From positions 2,976,001 through 3,040,000 of the forward strand of contig OZ245033.1 in NCBI GenBank assembly GCA_965224025.1: 64,000 nucleotides of DNA. Direction: 5' to 3'. Each line of letters starts with the position of its first letter. Position 1 is the first letter of the stretch. The notes beneath the pieces were generated by a model. That model searched no databases. It was not told the DNA's origin and saw only the letters and a list, made by a program, of their open reading frames with translations. Below are positions 40,885 to 50,616 of the stretch, piece after piece. The translations under genes were made by a program, and so were the position numbers. This DNA comes from Candidatus Multivorans sp. (GTDB taxonomy: Bacteria; Acidobacteriota; Thermoanaerobaculia; Multivoradales; Multivoraceae).

Positions 40885-40986
40885 CGCCGGATGCGGGCGA
40901 GACGCCCGCGTGCCATCCGTGCGCCCGATGACGGGCGCACGGAGTGGCTCGCGGGTGGCGCGGATCGCGCCACCCGGGTTCCCAGG
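40885..40986 (-). repeat. Composite REP-like element family A
   Basis: Reverse-complement copy of 19885-19990 with a few substitutions. Confidence 0.8.
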
Positions 40987-41009
40987 GACAGGACGGCGTC
41001 GTTCTGCCG

Positions 41010-43139
41010 CTACCGCTCGTCCCGGGCCTCCAACGCCTTCGAGATGACGAACTGGTGGATCGCCGTGGTCGCCTCCTCGTTGAACATGTCCGCGTAGCCG
41101 GGCATGCCGAGCGGCGGCAGGCCGTCCTGGACGATGGCCATGAAGTCGTCGTGGACTTCCGGGGACATGCGGCGCAGGTCGGGGGAGGCGGTGGCGACGA
41201 TCGCGGTCTGCCCCAGTCCGCCGTGGCAGAGCGCGCAGTGCTCGTGGTAGAGCGTGTTGCCGCGGTCGATCGTCTCGGCATCGGCGGCCAACGGCGGCTG
41301 TTCGGGGATCGTGAAGTCCCGCTCCGGCGGCTCGGCCAGAGTCGCCTCGCCGTCCAGCGAGAACACGAGCAGCGAGCCGGGCCGGTCGTACCGCGTGCTG
41401 CCGCCGACCATTGTGGCCAGGTACTGCGTGCCGTCGATCATGTAGCTGATGATCGACGAGGAGAACGACCCGAAGGCGTCGAACTCCCACAGCTTCTCGC
41501 CCGTGTCCTTGTCGTAGGCGCCCATGTCGCCGCCGCCGCCGCAGTGGAACAGCACGCCGGTGGTCGTCGCGAGCACGCCGCCGTTGAAGGCCGAGGGCAG
41601 CCGGTTCTCCCACACCTTCTCGCCGTTCAGCGGGTCGAAGGCGACCAGGAAGCCCTTGTCCTCGGGGCGAGGCCCGGCTTGCTCCTGGAGCTTCTGGCGG
41701 TAGGGGCCGGAGGCGACGCCGAGGCTCAGTCCCCAAGGCCGGATCGTGTAGGCGCCGGTCTCAACGAACTCCTCGGGCAGGGCGTAGAAGTTCGCGTAGT
41801 CGTGGTAGTAGAAGTACATGACGCCCTTGTCCTGGTCCCAGGACATCGGTTCCCAGTTGTGCGCGCCGGCGTTCGCGGGCGTGATCCACTGCGGCTTCTC
41901 CTCGAAGACCACGTCCGGGTTCTCGATCGGCCGGCCGGTCTCCATGTCGATGTGGGTGGCCCAGTCGATCGCGTCCGTGTAGGGATGGGCGCGCAGCAGT
42001 TCGCCGGTCTCGCGGTCGATGACGTAGAAAAAGCCGTTCTTCGGCGCCTGCAGCAGCACCTTGCGTTCCGCACCGTCGACGGTCAGCTCGCCGAGTGCGA
42101 TGTCCATCGCCGAGCTGTAGTCCCAGTTGTCGCCGGGAACCGTCTGGTAGTGCCACTTCATCTCGGCGGTGTCGGCGTCGACCGCCACGATCGCGGTCAG
42201 GAAGAGGTCGTCGCCGCCGCCCGGTGAGCGGACCTGGCGCGACCAGGGCGCGCCGTTGCCGACCCCGATGTAGAGCAGGTTCAACTCCTCGTCGTAGACC
42301 AGGGAGTTCCAGGCGGTGCCGCCGCCGCCCATCTTCCACCACTCGCCGCCCCAGGTCTTGGCCGCCATCTCCATCTCCGGATGCTCGAACGGTTTGGACG
42401 GATCGCCCGGCACGAGGTAGAAGCGCCAGGCGAGTTCGCCCGTCTCGGCGTCGTAGGCGGAGACGTAGCCGCGGCGTTTGCCGCTCTCGGAGCTCCCCTG
42501 CCCGATGAAGATCTTGCCGGCGGCGGCGCGCGGGGCGCCGGTGATGTTGAAACGGCCGAGCGCGGACGGATGCCACGTGTCCACGTCCCAGACTTCCTCG
42601 CCGGTGGCGGCGTCGACCGCGACCAGGCGGCCGTCGAACAGGGCGACGTAGACCTTGGCCCCGTAGACGGCGACGCCGCGGTTCGCGACCCCGCCGCAGC
42701 AGGAGTACTTGACGTAGGTGCGGTCCGTCTGCGGGTCGTGCGTCCAGATTCCTTCGCCGGTGGCGGGGTCGAGCGCGTAGATCACGCCCCAGCCGTTCGT
42801 CGCGTACATCACCCCATCGACGACCAGCGGCGTGCCCTGCATCCGCTCTGTGGGGCCGCCTATCGGCTTGGACCAGGCGAGCTTCAGATCCGCGACGTTG
42901 TCGCGGGTGATCTGGTCGAGGGTGGAGAAGCGCTGTTCCTTGTAGGTCTGGCCGTAGGTCAGCCAGCTCCCGGGCTCGGCCTCGGCGGCGCGCATGATCC
43001 GCTCGTCGTCAACGTTGCCGGCGGTTGGGGCCATGTCGGTGTCGCCGCCATCGCTGCCGCCGCCGCAGGCGGCCGCCAGCAGGAGAAGGAGAAGGGGAGC
43101 GCACGCTGCCCACCGTGACGTTTCGGTCGCTTCGCTCAT
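41010..43139 (-). CDS. Quinohemoprotein (type II PQQ) alcohol dehydrogenase, lipoprotein
   Basis: Vicinal CC..NRG, TGAP, WDYS, KNGFFYV, C-terminal CALCH heme; lipobox LAAAC. Confidence 0.92.
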   Translation of the reverse strand: MSEATETSRWAACAPLLLLLLAAACGGGSDGGDTDMAPTAGNVDDERIMRAAEAEPGSWLTYGQTYKEQRFSTLDQITRDNVADLKLAWSKPIGGPTERMQGTPLVVDGVMYATNGWGVIYALDPATGEGIWTHDPQTDRTYVKYSCCGGVANRGVAVYGAKVYVALFDGRLVAVDAATGEEVWDVDTWHPSALGRFNITGAPRAAAGKIFIGQGSSESGKRRGYVSAYDAETGELAWRFYLVPGDPSKPFEHPEMEMAAKTWGGEWWKMGGGGTAWNSLVYDEELNLLYIGVGNGAPWSRQVRSPGGGDDLFLTAIVAVDADTAEMKWHYQTVPGDNWDYSSAMDIALGELTVDGAERKVLLQAPKNGFFYVIDRETGELLRAHPYTDAIDWATHIDMETGRPIENPDVVFEEKPQWITPANAGAHNWEPMSWDQDKGVMYFYYHDYANFYALPEEFVETGAYTIRPWGLSLGVASGPYRQKLQEQAGPRPEDKGFLVAFDPLNGEKVWENRLPSAFNGGVLATTTGVLFHCGGGGDMGAYDKDTGEKLWEFDAFGSFSSSIISYMIDGTQYLATMVGGSTRYDRPGSLLVFSLDGEATLAEPPERDFTIPEQPPLAADAETIDRGNTLYHEHCALCHGGLGQTAIVATASPDLRRMSPEVHDDFMAIVQDGLPPLGMPGYADMFNEEATTAIHQFVISKALEARDER

Positions 43140-43208
43140 GTTCAAGTCCCTCGGAGGTTCGCCGGGCAACCTAAGCGTCCGAGTGTCCGGTGTCAACGGC
43201 ACTAGGCG

Positions 43209-43475
43209 TCAGTAGGCGTCGCCGCGGCGGAGGATGGCATAGACGTGGAGGACACGTGCCTCCGAGTCGGGCGTCATCAGGATCCGCCAGCCGCCGACTC
43301 GAACGCGGTAGTCGCCCTTGAGTCTTCCGCTTAGGGGACGAACGCGAGGACGGCTCAAGGGCAGGTCGGACCTCCGAAGATCGAGCAGCGTCTCCTTGAG
43401 CCGCCGCCGAGTCGTCGAATCGAGCCTGAGATACTGCTTTTCCGCTGACGGATGGACGTCAATCCGCCAGTTCAT
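43209..43475 (-). CDS. relE: RelE/ParE-family toxin
   Basis: WRIDV.PSAEKQ...LSGRLKGDYRVRVGGWRI...RGDAY. Confidence 0.9.
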   Translation of the reverse strand: MNWRIDVHPSAEKQYLRLDSTTRRRLKETLLDLRRSDLPLSRPRVRPLSGRLKGDYRVRVGGWRILMTPDSEARVLHVYAILRRGDAY

Positions 43476-43698
43476 CGAGGCTCTTACCGGGGACGCCTGA
43501 CTCGACTTCCTTCTTGCCGCGCTCGATCGCCTCGACCAATTCGGGGCGGGAGAGAAGATCGAGGATCTCCTTGTGGCGCTCGATGTACTCGTCGATCAGG
43601 TCGGAGAGAATCACTTTCATCTCGGTCTTCTCGATACTGGCAATGACCCTCAGAACGTCTCGTTTCTCGGCTGGAATGCGGACTGTCGCTGTCGTCAT
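43459..43698 (-). CDS. Antitoxin of the RelE pair
   Basis: Small acidic ORF with an RHH-like N-terminus overlapping the toxin start. Confidence 0.75.
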   Translation of the reverse strand: MTTATVRIPAEKRDVLRVIASIEKTEMKVILSDLIDEYIERHKEILDLLSRPELVEAIERGKKEVESGVPGKSLDELAD

Positions 43699-43800
43699 GG
43701 CAGGTTCCCTTGCATAGTGCACTAGTAGCTTAGGCGCTTGAGCGCCTCGATTCAAGCAGCGAGGTTCGGGATCTTGTGGCGACGCGGGGCTGAAGTAGCG

Positions 43801-45807
43801 CTACTGATCGGGTGCGTGGTACCAGATCGGCGAGGTCCAGGCGCGTTCCTGGATCCGCCACGGCTGGTCCGGATCCGCGCATGCAGCCGGCCGTTCTTCC
43901 TCGGGAAGAGCAGCGCACTGGAGCGCGTTCCAGCGGCAACTCGGATTCTCGAGGACTCTCGCGTAGTAGACAGCCGAGCGGGCCGGATCGAACTCGGGAT
44001 CGGTCCACGTGGCGCACAGGGACGTCGCGCCGTCACCCCTTCGTTCGCAGGTGGACCTGGACACGTCCGCGCCGTTGTCCGGCTCGCCGGCGACGTCGAA
44101 GATTCGCTCGTGGAACAGGCCGTGGTCGCCGGCCCAGCCCTTGATGATCTGGATGCGCTGCAGGGGCGTGCCGGGGTGCTCGCTGGTGCCGGGGTCGGCG
44201 ATGGCGGACACGAACAACGTCGGCGCCGCGGCGCGTTCGCTTTCCGGAAGCGCGCCGCCCATCGGCACCGCCGTGTCATAGGCGTCGGCGATCATGTCGC
44301 CACTGGAGCAAAGATCGGGAAGACCCCAGCCGCCGAACAAACGCGCCTTGATCCGCACCCCGCTGGTGCCGAAGGTCTCCTTGCGCAGCATCGCGTCGAA
44401 CAGGGAGTCGCGCGAGTTCTCCTCGGCCCAGATGCCGATCAGGCCGCCGGGGTTTCTGAGCCGGTGCGGCGCGTAGGCGGGCGTGGTGAGCCGCTTCCCG
44501 AGGTCCGAGTCGACGTTCGCGTTCTGCCCCTGGTAGTCGAACTCATCCGTGTCGCCAGGGAAGCCGTTGTGGCCGTCAGTCGAGGCCATGATCCCGAATT
44601 GGAACGGGTTGACGCCCAGGCGCTCCTCCTGGGCCAGACCGTCGATCAGCGCGTAGCGCACGAAATCGAGCCGGGACTGGCAGCCCTGGCCGCGCAGCCC
44701 GCCGACGCCGGTGCCCTCCTCGCAGTCGGGCGGCCTCTCCCCGTCGATGTAGCGCACCTTCTCGAAGTCGCAGAACTCGTCCTCGCCGACGACGCCCCAC
44801 ATGCCGCGCCGGCACTCGGAATCGCCCTTTGCCTGCATGATCTCGACCAGCGGATCCATCTCGGCCTGGAGCGCCGCCCGTGCGCGTTGCTCGTCCAACG
44901 GCATGCTCGCCCAGTCGACGGTGAACATCTGGCCGTTCGAGATGTTCGAGTTGTGGGGGATCGTGAGTGCCTGGCAGCCGGTGCCGGTGTCGTTGCAACG
45001 GTCCTTGAGCCGGGTCCAGAGGTCCAGCGGCTCCGCGGCGTCCATCCAGGAGATCGGCAGCTCGGGCGCAATCTCGTTGCGCAGGATGACGTTGCGATGC
45101 ACCTTGGACAAGCCCGGCATTCGGGTGTACTCCCAGCCATGGAAACTCGTGAAGGAGCAGTCGCTCGACCGGTCGTAGTGCCGTTCGGCTGCGGCCTGGG
45201 TTGCACCCCAGGCGGTGAGCAGGCCGTTGCGGCAGACACTCGTGTCCTCGCCGCACAGTCCCGGCACCCGGCCGGTGATCCGGTGGTCCATCCAGGCCGC
45301 GCGTTCTTCGGCGGTGCTTCCCGGCCGCATCCCGCGGCAGGCCGGCTCGTCGTAGAGCGGCGAGGACGGGTCGGTGCAGACGGAGACCTCGCCCAGCCAC
45401 TCGGAGTGGTCGGTGACCGCGGCGAAGTCGAGTGGACGGACGAGTTGGGCCGTGCGCGTCGGCTGTCCCTCTTCGTCGAGCGGGCCGAGGCCGAGCGCTT
45501 CGCCGCGGGCGAATCGATAGGCGTCATCAGGGGTCTGGAAGCCGCCGCGGCCGAGGGCGTCGAGGGAGAAGGCCGTGTGGGTGTGGAGATCGCCGAAGAA
45601 CGCCTGGCGGAGCGGGTCGTGGTTGGCGCAAGGGTCTCGCGGCACGAGCTCGCTCGGCTCGGCCGCCGCGCTGGGCGGGTTCCACTCCTGGGTGACGTAA
45701 GGCGGAATCCCGGTCGGGGGTGTCGCGTCCCCGTTCGAGTAGTCGTCCTGGCCGCACGCCAGCGCGACGACGACGGCAAGGCCGGCTGCGAAGCGGCGTT
45801 TCTTCAT
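43801..45807 (-). CDS. DUF3604 domain lipoprotein (PHP-like metallohydrolase)
   Basis: FGDLHTHT, DFAAVTDH, HRNV, IPHNSN, STDGH, YYARVLENP, QERAWTSPIWY. Confidence 0.9.
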   Translation of the reverse strand: MKKRRFAAGLAVVVALACGQDDYSNGDATPPTGIPPYVTQEWNPPSAAAEPSELVPRDPCANHDPLRQAFFGDLHTHTAFSLDALGRGGFQTPDDAYRFARGEALGLGPLDEEGQPTRTAQLVRPLDFAAVTDHSEWLGEVSVCTDPSSPLYDEPACRGMRPGSTAEERAAWMDHRITGRVPGLCGEDTSVCRNGLLTAWGATQAAAERHYDRSSDCSFTSFHGWEYTRMPGLSKVHRNVILRNEIAPELPISWMDAAEPLDLWTRLKDRCNDTGTGCQALTIPHNSNISNGQMFTVDWASMPLDEQRARAALQAEMDPLVEIMQAKGDSECRRGMWGVVGEDEFCDFEKVRYIDGERPPDCEEGTGVGGLRGQGCQSRLDFVRYALIDGLAQEERLGVNPFQFGIMASTDGHNGFPGDTDEFDYQGQNANVDSDLGKRLTTPAYAPHRLRNPGGLIGIWAEENSRDSLFDAMLRKETFGTSGVRIKARLFGGWGLPDLCSSGDMIADAYDTAVPMGGALPESERAAAPTLFVSAIADPGTSEHPGTPLQRIQIIKGWAGDHGLFHERIFDVAGEPDNGADVSRSTCERRGDGATSLCATWTDPEFDPARSAVYYARVLENPSCRWNALQCAALPEEERPAACADPDQPWRIQERAWTSPIWYHAPDQ

Positions 45808-45886
45808 GGCTTCAGGGTGGCGCGTGGGTCCGGGTCACCTGTTGCGGCGAGGCCCACGTCGTGCCTTCGGTGGGCGGGGCCTCCAC

Positions 45887-46288
45887 TCAGTAGCGCAACA
45901 ACTCGAGGCCCGGGATGCCGCCGAAGGGCTTCGCGTTTCGAGTCGCCAGTGGGGCGGCGTTCTGCGCCGCCCATGCTGCGATCCAGAGATCAGGCTTGGA
46001 ACGTCCGGTTAGACCGCCGTTAGTTCTGAGGTGAGACACGATGCGGGCGTAGCTCAGCGCCGTCTCGATCGTGACATCGCCGATCCGGAACAGTCGCAGA
46101 AAGCGCAGCGATTCCGCGAGCCGCGCCTCCGAGATCGTGGCCCCACCCTCGAGAAACTCCCCGGCGGCGTGGCATGGAACCACGAACTCCTCCCCGGAGT
46201 ACCGCTCGAGTAGCGACCTCGCGGAGGAGTCTTCGAACTCGTGACTTCGCCAGAGATCGACCAGCAAGGTCGTGTCGAAGCAGATCAT
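45887..46288 (-). CDS. vapC: VapC PIN-domain toxin
   Basis: CFDTTLLVD, GEFLEG, DLWIAA, LATRN. Confidence 0.9.
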   Translation of the reverse strand: MICFDTTLLVDLWRSHEFEDSSARSLLERYSGEEFVVPCHAAGEFLEGGATISEARLAESLRFLRLFRIGDVTIETALSYARIVSHLRTNGGLTGRSKPDLWIAAWAAQNAAPLATRNAKPFGGIPGLELLRY

Positions 46289-46524
46289 TGTTCCCAGCGT
46301 TCGCTGTCGCGATTTTCGGCGACAACGGCAAGAAACCGCTCCGCGTCACTCTTGGTCAGGCACGAGAAGCCCTCTAGGCTTCGGAGAATGTCGCGTCCCG
46401 TGTGTGCGTCCGCTACCTCGGACAACAGACGGTCGATGACCTTCGAGAAGGACTCGCCATCTCTCTTCAACTCGGCGAGACGCCCGTAGATGCTCGACTC
46501 GAGTGCGATCGTCTTCGTGCTCAT
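46285..46524 (-). CDS. vapB: VapB-family antitoxin
   Basis: MSTKTIAL..IYGRLAELKRDGESFSKVIDRL. Confidence 0.88.
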   Translation of the reverse strand: MSTKTIALESSIYGRLAELKRDGESFSKVIDRLLSEVADAHTGRDILRSLEGFSCLTKSDAERFLAVVAENRDSERWEQ

Positions 46525-46543
46525 ACATGCAGATTTGCATGTA
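46524..46543. promoter_or_regulatory. Palindromic operator of vapBC
   Basis: TACATGCA-GATT-TGCATGTA perfect 8-bp inverted repeat at the antitoxin start. Confidence 0.6.
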
Positions 46544-46604
46544 GAGTGACACGAGTCAAGACCGGGCGAGGCCATCGCCCTTGCCTCGTCGAGAGCCTTG
46601 AAGA

Positions 46605-46679
46605 TGGAGCCGACGAGCGGATTTGAACCGCTGACCTGCTGATTACGAATCAGCTGCTCTGCCACTGAGCTACGTCGGC
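46605..46679 (-). tRNA. tRNA-Thr(CGT)
   Basis: GCCGACGTAGCTCAGTGGCAGAGCAGCTGATTCGTAATCAGCAGGTCAGCGGTTCAAATCCGCTCGTCGGCTCCA: cloverleaf, CGT anticodon, encoded CCA. Confidence 0.97.
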
Positions 46680-46889
46680 ACAACCGGGCGAGACTGGCCG
46701 ATCCCGGCGCGGAGGACGCCGGAGTGTAGCAGCGGTTTGACTAGTCCTAGCGCGGCAGTATCGTCGCCGCTTCGCGGCGCGTTTCCTCTCGGAAGCCGGC
46801 GGGGACGCCGGCCCACCCAGTTTCTGCCGCGCAGTCTTGCATGGAACAAACGGGTAGGGGTTCCTTGTTGGCAGCGCAGGTTGCGCGAT

Positions 46890-48209
46890 TCAGGCGGCAT
46901 GTTCGGTCGGCACGAGAGCCAGATTCAGGCGGCGGGCCTGACGCTGCAGGTTTCTGATTTGTCGTTCGCGTCGGACGGCCTCCATTTCGACGAGGTCGCG
47001 CTCGACGTACTCTTCGCCGTGGGTCAGCATGGCGTAGATCAGTCGGCCGAGTTGATGAGCGGTGGCCTTGATGGCCTTCGCCTTCTCCATGTGCTGGAGA
47101 CGCCGGCGGTGAGAGGCTCCGATGGCGGTCTTGCTGTTGCGGGCTGTGGTGGCGGCTTGGCGCAGCGCCTGGCCGACCCGGTTGGTCTGCTTCACGGGAG
47201 GGCCGTTCAGCCGTTTGTCGCCGCTGATGTTGGTCGGTGGAGCCAGACACAGCCACGAGCAGAAGTTGCCCTGCGAGGGAAACCGGGACAGGTCCGGGCC
47301 GATCTCAGCGGCGAAGGTCAGCGCGGTTTCGACGCCGACCGTCGGAATGGCGACCAGGTCCACGCCGAGCATGCGATGCAGCCGCTTCCGCAGGGCGCGC
47401 TCGCGCGCCTTCGAACCGGGCGGCGGCGCGTCCTCGACGCCGTCTTGGGCCAGGCCGTCGAGCTCGGCGTCGATGCGCTTCTCGCACATCTCGATCTGGC
47501 CTTGCAGCATGTCGTAGCGGGCCAGCGCCTGGCCCAGAGCGAACAGGTGCTCGTCTCGCCAGTTGCCTTGCAAACTCGCCGCGATCACAGCCGGACCAGC
47601 CTTGCAGCGACCGTCCCGGTGACGGGCCAGCGCCGCGCCGTCGCGCTCGCCGGCGACGATCGCGCGCACGATCAACTGGCCGGTCTTGCCCATGATGTCG
47701 CTCAGCACGTTGTCCAACTGCACGTTCATCTGCACCAGAGCCTTCTGGATGTGCTGCACCGCGCGGCTGCGGTCGCGGACCAACTGGGCGCGCTGCCGCG
47801 TGTACGAACGCAGCGGACACAACTCGTCCGGCGCGCGAAACGCACCGCGCAGGAGCCCGTAGCTCATCAACTGCCGGATCCACTGGCAGTCCAGAACGTC
47901 ACTCTTGCGGCCACTCACCTGCTTGGTCGCCCGAGGATTCACCAGATGCACCTCGAACCCCGCCCGGTCCAGCACCTCGAACACCGGAATCCAGTACACC
48001 CCCGTCGACTCCAGCGCCACCTCACGCACGCCGCACTCCTGAAGCCACGAGGCCATCGCCTCGAGGTCCTCCGTGAACGACGAGAAATTGCGCACCGGCC
48101 GCTCGAAACGCGACGGGGCCACCGCCACGTAGTGCTTGCGCTTGCCTACGTCCACACCGGCGCAATCCGGGTGAACGACTTCCAGACGCTCCGCCTTCCG
48201 CTTTGCCAT
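46890..48209 (-). CDS. IS110-family (DEDD) recombinase/transposase
   Basis: AGVDVG, ALESTGVYW, RKSDVLDCQW, C-terminal ISG serine motif; RBS GGAGG. Confidence 0.95.
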   Translation of the reverse strand: MAKRKAERLEVVHPDCAGVDVGKRKHYVAVAPSRFERPVRNFSSFTEDLEAMASWLQECGVREVALESTGVYWIPVFEVLDRAGFEVHLVNPRATKQVSGRKSDVLDCQWIRQLMSYGLLRGAFRAPDELCPLRSYTRQRAQLVRDRSRAVQHIQKALVQMNVQLDNVLSDIMGKTGQLIVRAIVAGERDGAALARHRDGRCKAGPAVIAASLQGNWRDEHLFALGQALARYDMLQGQIEMCEKRIDAELDGLAQDGVEDAPPPGSKARERALRKRLHRMLGVDLVAIPTVGVETALTFAAEIGPDLSRFPSQGNFCSWLCLAPPTNISGDKRLNGPPVKQTNRVGQALRQAATTARNSKTAIGASHRRRLQHMEKAKAIKATAHQLGRLIYAMLTHGEEYVERDLVEMEAVRRERQIRNLQRQARRLNLALVPTEHAA

Positions 48210-48224
48210 CCCCTGCCTCCCGTA

Positions 48225-48424
48225 GATGTGGAATCCAATCGTCGCGCTGGGCAGAGACCGCGGCGAAAAGCTCAATCTTGCATACGGGGTCGCGACACAA
48301 GCCGCGCCGCCAGCGTCAGAGCGCCGATCACGGTCCGGGCCAAACTCCTAGTCGGGCGCCAACACACCAGTGCCTGCGCGGCCTCGCTGCCCAGCGCGGC
48401 CAACTCTATGAACCCACGACGCCG
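48225..48424 (-). ncRNA. Putative IS110 bridge RNA in the left end
   Basis: Perfect 12-bp stem 48243-48254/48387-48398 enclosing segments that match both element ends; limits approximate. Confidence 0.6.
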
Positions 48425-48535
48425 CTGTAACGTTGGCTACTCGCTGCCTGTTCCCTGCGCGACAGCGCAGCGACAACGCTGCGGACACTCCTAGCGTGTT
48501 CCGGGATACCCTGCCGCGAGGCTGGTGCCCACCCG

Positions 48536-49888
48536 ATGACCGTCCAACGATTCCCCAGCCCGGCCCCAGGGCCGCCGCCCGGGCGTGGCGGCATGTGGGA
48601 GTCGCTGCGGATACCCCAGTTCCGCTGGCTCTACCTGTCGAACACGACCTTCTTCCTGGCCATGCAGGGCCAGTTGGTTGTCCGTTCGTGGCTCGTCTAC
48701 TCGCTGACCGGCAGCGAGTTCGCATTGGGGCTAGTCAGCCTGATGGTGGCGCTTTCGATGCTCAGTCTGGGGCCGGTCGGAGGAGCCGCGGCCGACCGGT
48801 TCGAACGCAGGGGCCTGGTGGCCGCCGGACAGGCAACGGTGGTGGTGGCCGAGGTGATCGTGCTCTCCCTGCTTCTGAGCGGAAGACTCGACTATTGGCA
48901 CATCCTGGTCCAGGTGACGGTGGTAGGGGCGGTCTTCCCCTTCGTCATGCCGGCGAGGAACGCGATCGTCGCCGACGTGGTCGGCCGGCGCCGGCTGACG
49001 AACGCCATGGCGCTGAGCATGACCGCGGTCAACGTAACCCGGGTCGTGGGGCCGGGAGTGGGCGGCTTCCTCATCTGGGCTGCGGGCGTAAACGTTGCGT
49101 ACTCGATCAACACCGGCCTCTATGCGCTGGCCCTTGCAGGCATGATGGGGGTCCATCGGGCGCCGGTGGCCGACCCGTCGAGGCACTCGATGCTCCACAA
49201 CATGGGGCAGGGTTTCCGGTACGTGGCGGAGAACCGGCTGGTCCTCGTCTTGCTGTTCTTCGGCCTGGTGCCGATGTTCCTGGTCATGCCCTTCCAGACC
49301 CTGCTCGTGGTCTTTGCCGAGGACATCTGGCAAGTGGGCGCGGGCGGCCTTGGGGCGTTGAGCGGCGCCGCGGGCGTCGGCGGCGTACTGGGGGCGGCGT
49401 TCGTCGCCTGGCGGTCCTACTCGACCCGCCGACTCCGGCTGATGATGACCAGCGTCTTCGCCTTCGGCCTGTTCATGATGGGCTTCGCGCTCAGTCCCTG
49501 GTTCTGGCTCGGCCTTCTGTTGGTCCTGGCCGGCTCGGCGTTCCAGGCCGTCTACACGACGCTGAACAACACGGCGATTCATGTCCTGATCCCGGACTCG
49601 GTGCGCGGCCGGGTATCCGGCTTTCTGACCATGTCGTTCTCGCTGCCGATGCTCGGCGTGGCGCCGATCAGCGCTCTCGCCGAGGTCTGGGGAGCACCGG
49701 TGGCGGTGGGTCTGGCCTCGATGCTTGCCGTGGTGGTGGCGATCGTCTTCTACCTTGTCAGTTCCGACCTGCGGCGGATGGACCTCTTGATCCGCAAGGC
49801 ATTCAGAGCCGCGGTTCGTGCTGACGCCGAACGGCCGGTTGCACCGGAAGCGGCCACAAAGGAGGTCGCGCGGGGGTCGACTCCCTGA
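48536..49888 (+). CDS. MFS transporter (MFS_3/DHA3-like)
   Basis: GGAAADRFERR motif A, PARNAIVAD, RGRVSG; 12-TM pattern. Confidence 0.9.
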   Translation: MTVQRFPSPAPGPPPGRGGMWESLRIPQFRWLYLSNTTFFLAMQGQLVVRSWLVYSLTGSEFALGLVSLMVALSMLSLGPVGGAAADRFERRGLVAAGQATVVVAEVIVLSLLLSGRLDYWHILVQVTVVGAVFPFVMPARNAIVADVVGRRRLTNAMALSMTAVNVTRVVGPGVGGFLIWAAGVNVAYSINTGLYALALAGMMGVHRAPVADPSRHSMLHNMGQGFRYVAENRLVLVLLFFGLVPMFLVMPFQTLLVVFAEDIWQVGAGGLGALSGAAGVGGVLGAAFVAWRSYSTRRLRLMMTSVFAFGLFMMGFALSPWFWLGLLLVLAGSAFQAVYTTLNNTAIHVLIPDSVRGRVSGFLTMSFSLPMLGVAPISALAEVWGAPVAVGLASMLAVVVAIVFYLVSSDLRRMDLLIRKAFRAAVRADAERPVAPEAATKEVARGSTP

Positions 49889-49912
49889 GCCTGGAGAGGA
49901 GGTATTGGACAT

Positions 49913-50539
49913 ATGCTGATCACGATCTCAAGGCAGTACGCCTCCGGTGGCACGCAGGTGGCTTCTCTGGTGGCGGAGCGGCTCGGTTGGCGGCTGGTCG
50001 GCAACACGCTGATCGACGAGGTGGCGGAGCGTGCCGGTGTTCCGCCGGAAGAGGTCCAGGCACGGGAAGACCGGCCCCCAGGCTTCGTGGAGCGCCTCGC
50101 CCGCATTGCCAGCGTCCAGCTTCCAGATCTGTTCCTCCCGGCGCCTCCGATCGGGCAGCCGATCGGCGAAGGGAATCTGGTGCGCGTCACCCGCAGCGTC
50201 GTCTGTGAGATTGCCGCTGAAGGCCGTTGTGTGTTCGTCGGCCGCGCGTCAGCCGCGGTGCTGGCACGGCGCGAGGATGCGCTCCACGTGCGGCTCGTTG
50301 CGGGCCCCGAGTTCCGGCGTCGGGTGGCGGTCGAAGCGATGGGTGTGCCGGAGAGGGACGCCGACGCGATCGTCGCGCGCCGCGACGTGAACCGGGTCCG
50401 CTACCACCGCGAGTACTACGCGCGCGACTGCGACGACCCGCGGCGCTACGACCTGGTGCTGAACACTGAGCGGCTTGGCTTTCCGGGCGCCGCAGACCAG
50501 ATCGTTCACCGGGCCCGGGCGCTCGGTTGGACCGACTGA
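49913..50539 (+). CDS. Cytidylate kinase-like family protein
   Basis: ITISRQYASGG, VFVGR, YDLVLNT. Confidence 0.85.
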   Translation: MLITISRQYASGGTQVASLVAERLGWRLVGNTLIDEVAERAGVPPEEVQAREDRPPGFVERLARIASVQLPDLFLPAPPIGQPIGEGNLVRVTRSVVCEIAAEGRCVFVGRASAAVLARREDALHVRLVAGPEFRRRVAVEAMGVPERDADAIVARRDVNRVRYHREYYARDCDDPRRYDLVLNTERLGFPGAADQIVHRARALGWTD

Positions 50540-50616
50540 CTTCTTGGAACCAGCTTGCTACGATCAATGCTACGATGAGTCGCTGTCGCGATCGGGAAGC
50601 TTCGAGGCGCTGATCG

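Larger units (their letters stand above)
46836..48426 (-). mobile_element. IS110-family element bounded by a duplicated 2-nt core (CT on + strand)
   Basis: Recombinase with about 215 nt of 5' non-coding end; ends inferred from CT at 46836 and 48425 and from internal guide-like matches to both ends. Confidence 0.75.

Noticed and set aside
42100-42135. Lanthanide-dependent PQQ dehydrogenase
   Set aside because: Motif reads WDYS and lacks the extra Asp (D-x-D) of XoxF/ExaF/PedH types
43209-46679. Integrative island or prophage at tRNA-Thr
   Set aside because: No integrase or phage genes and no duplicated tRNA 3' end noticed by eye
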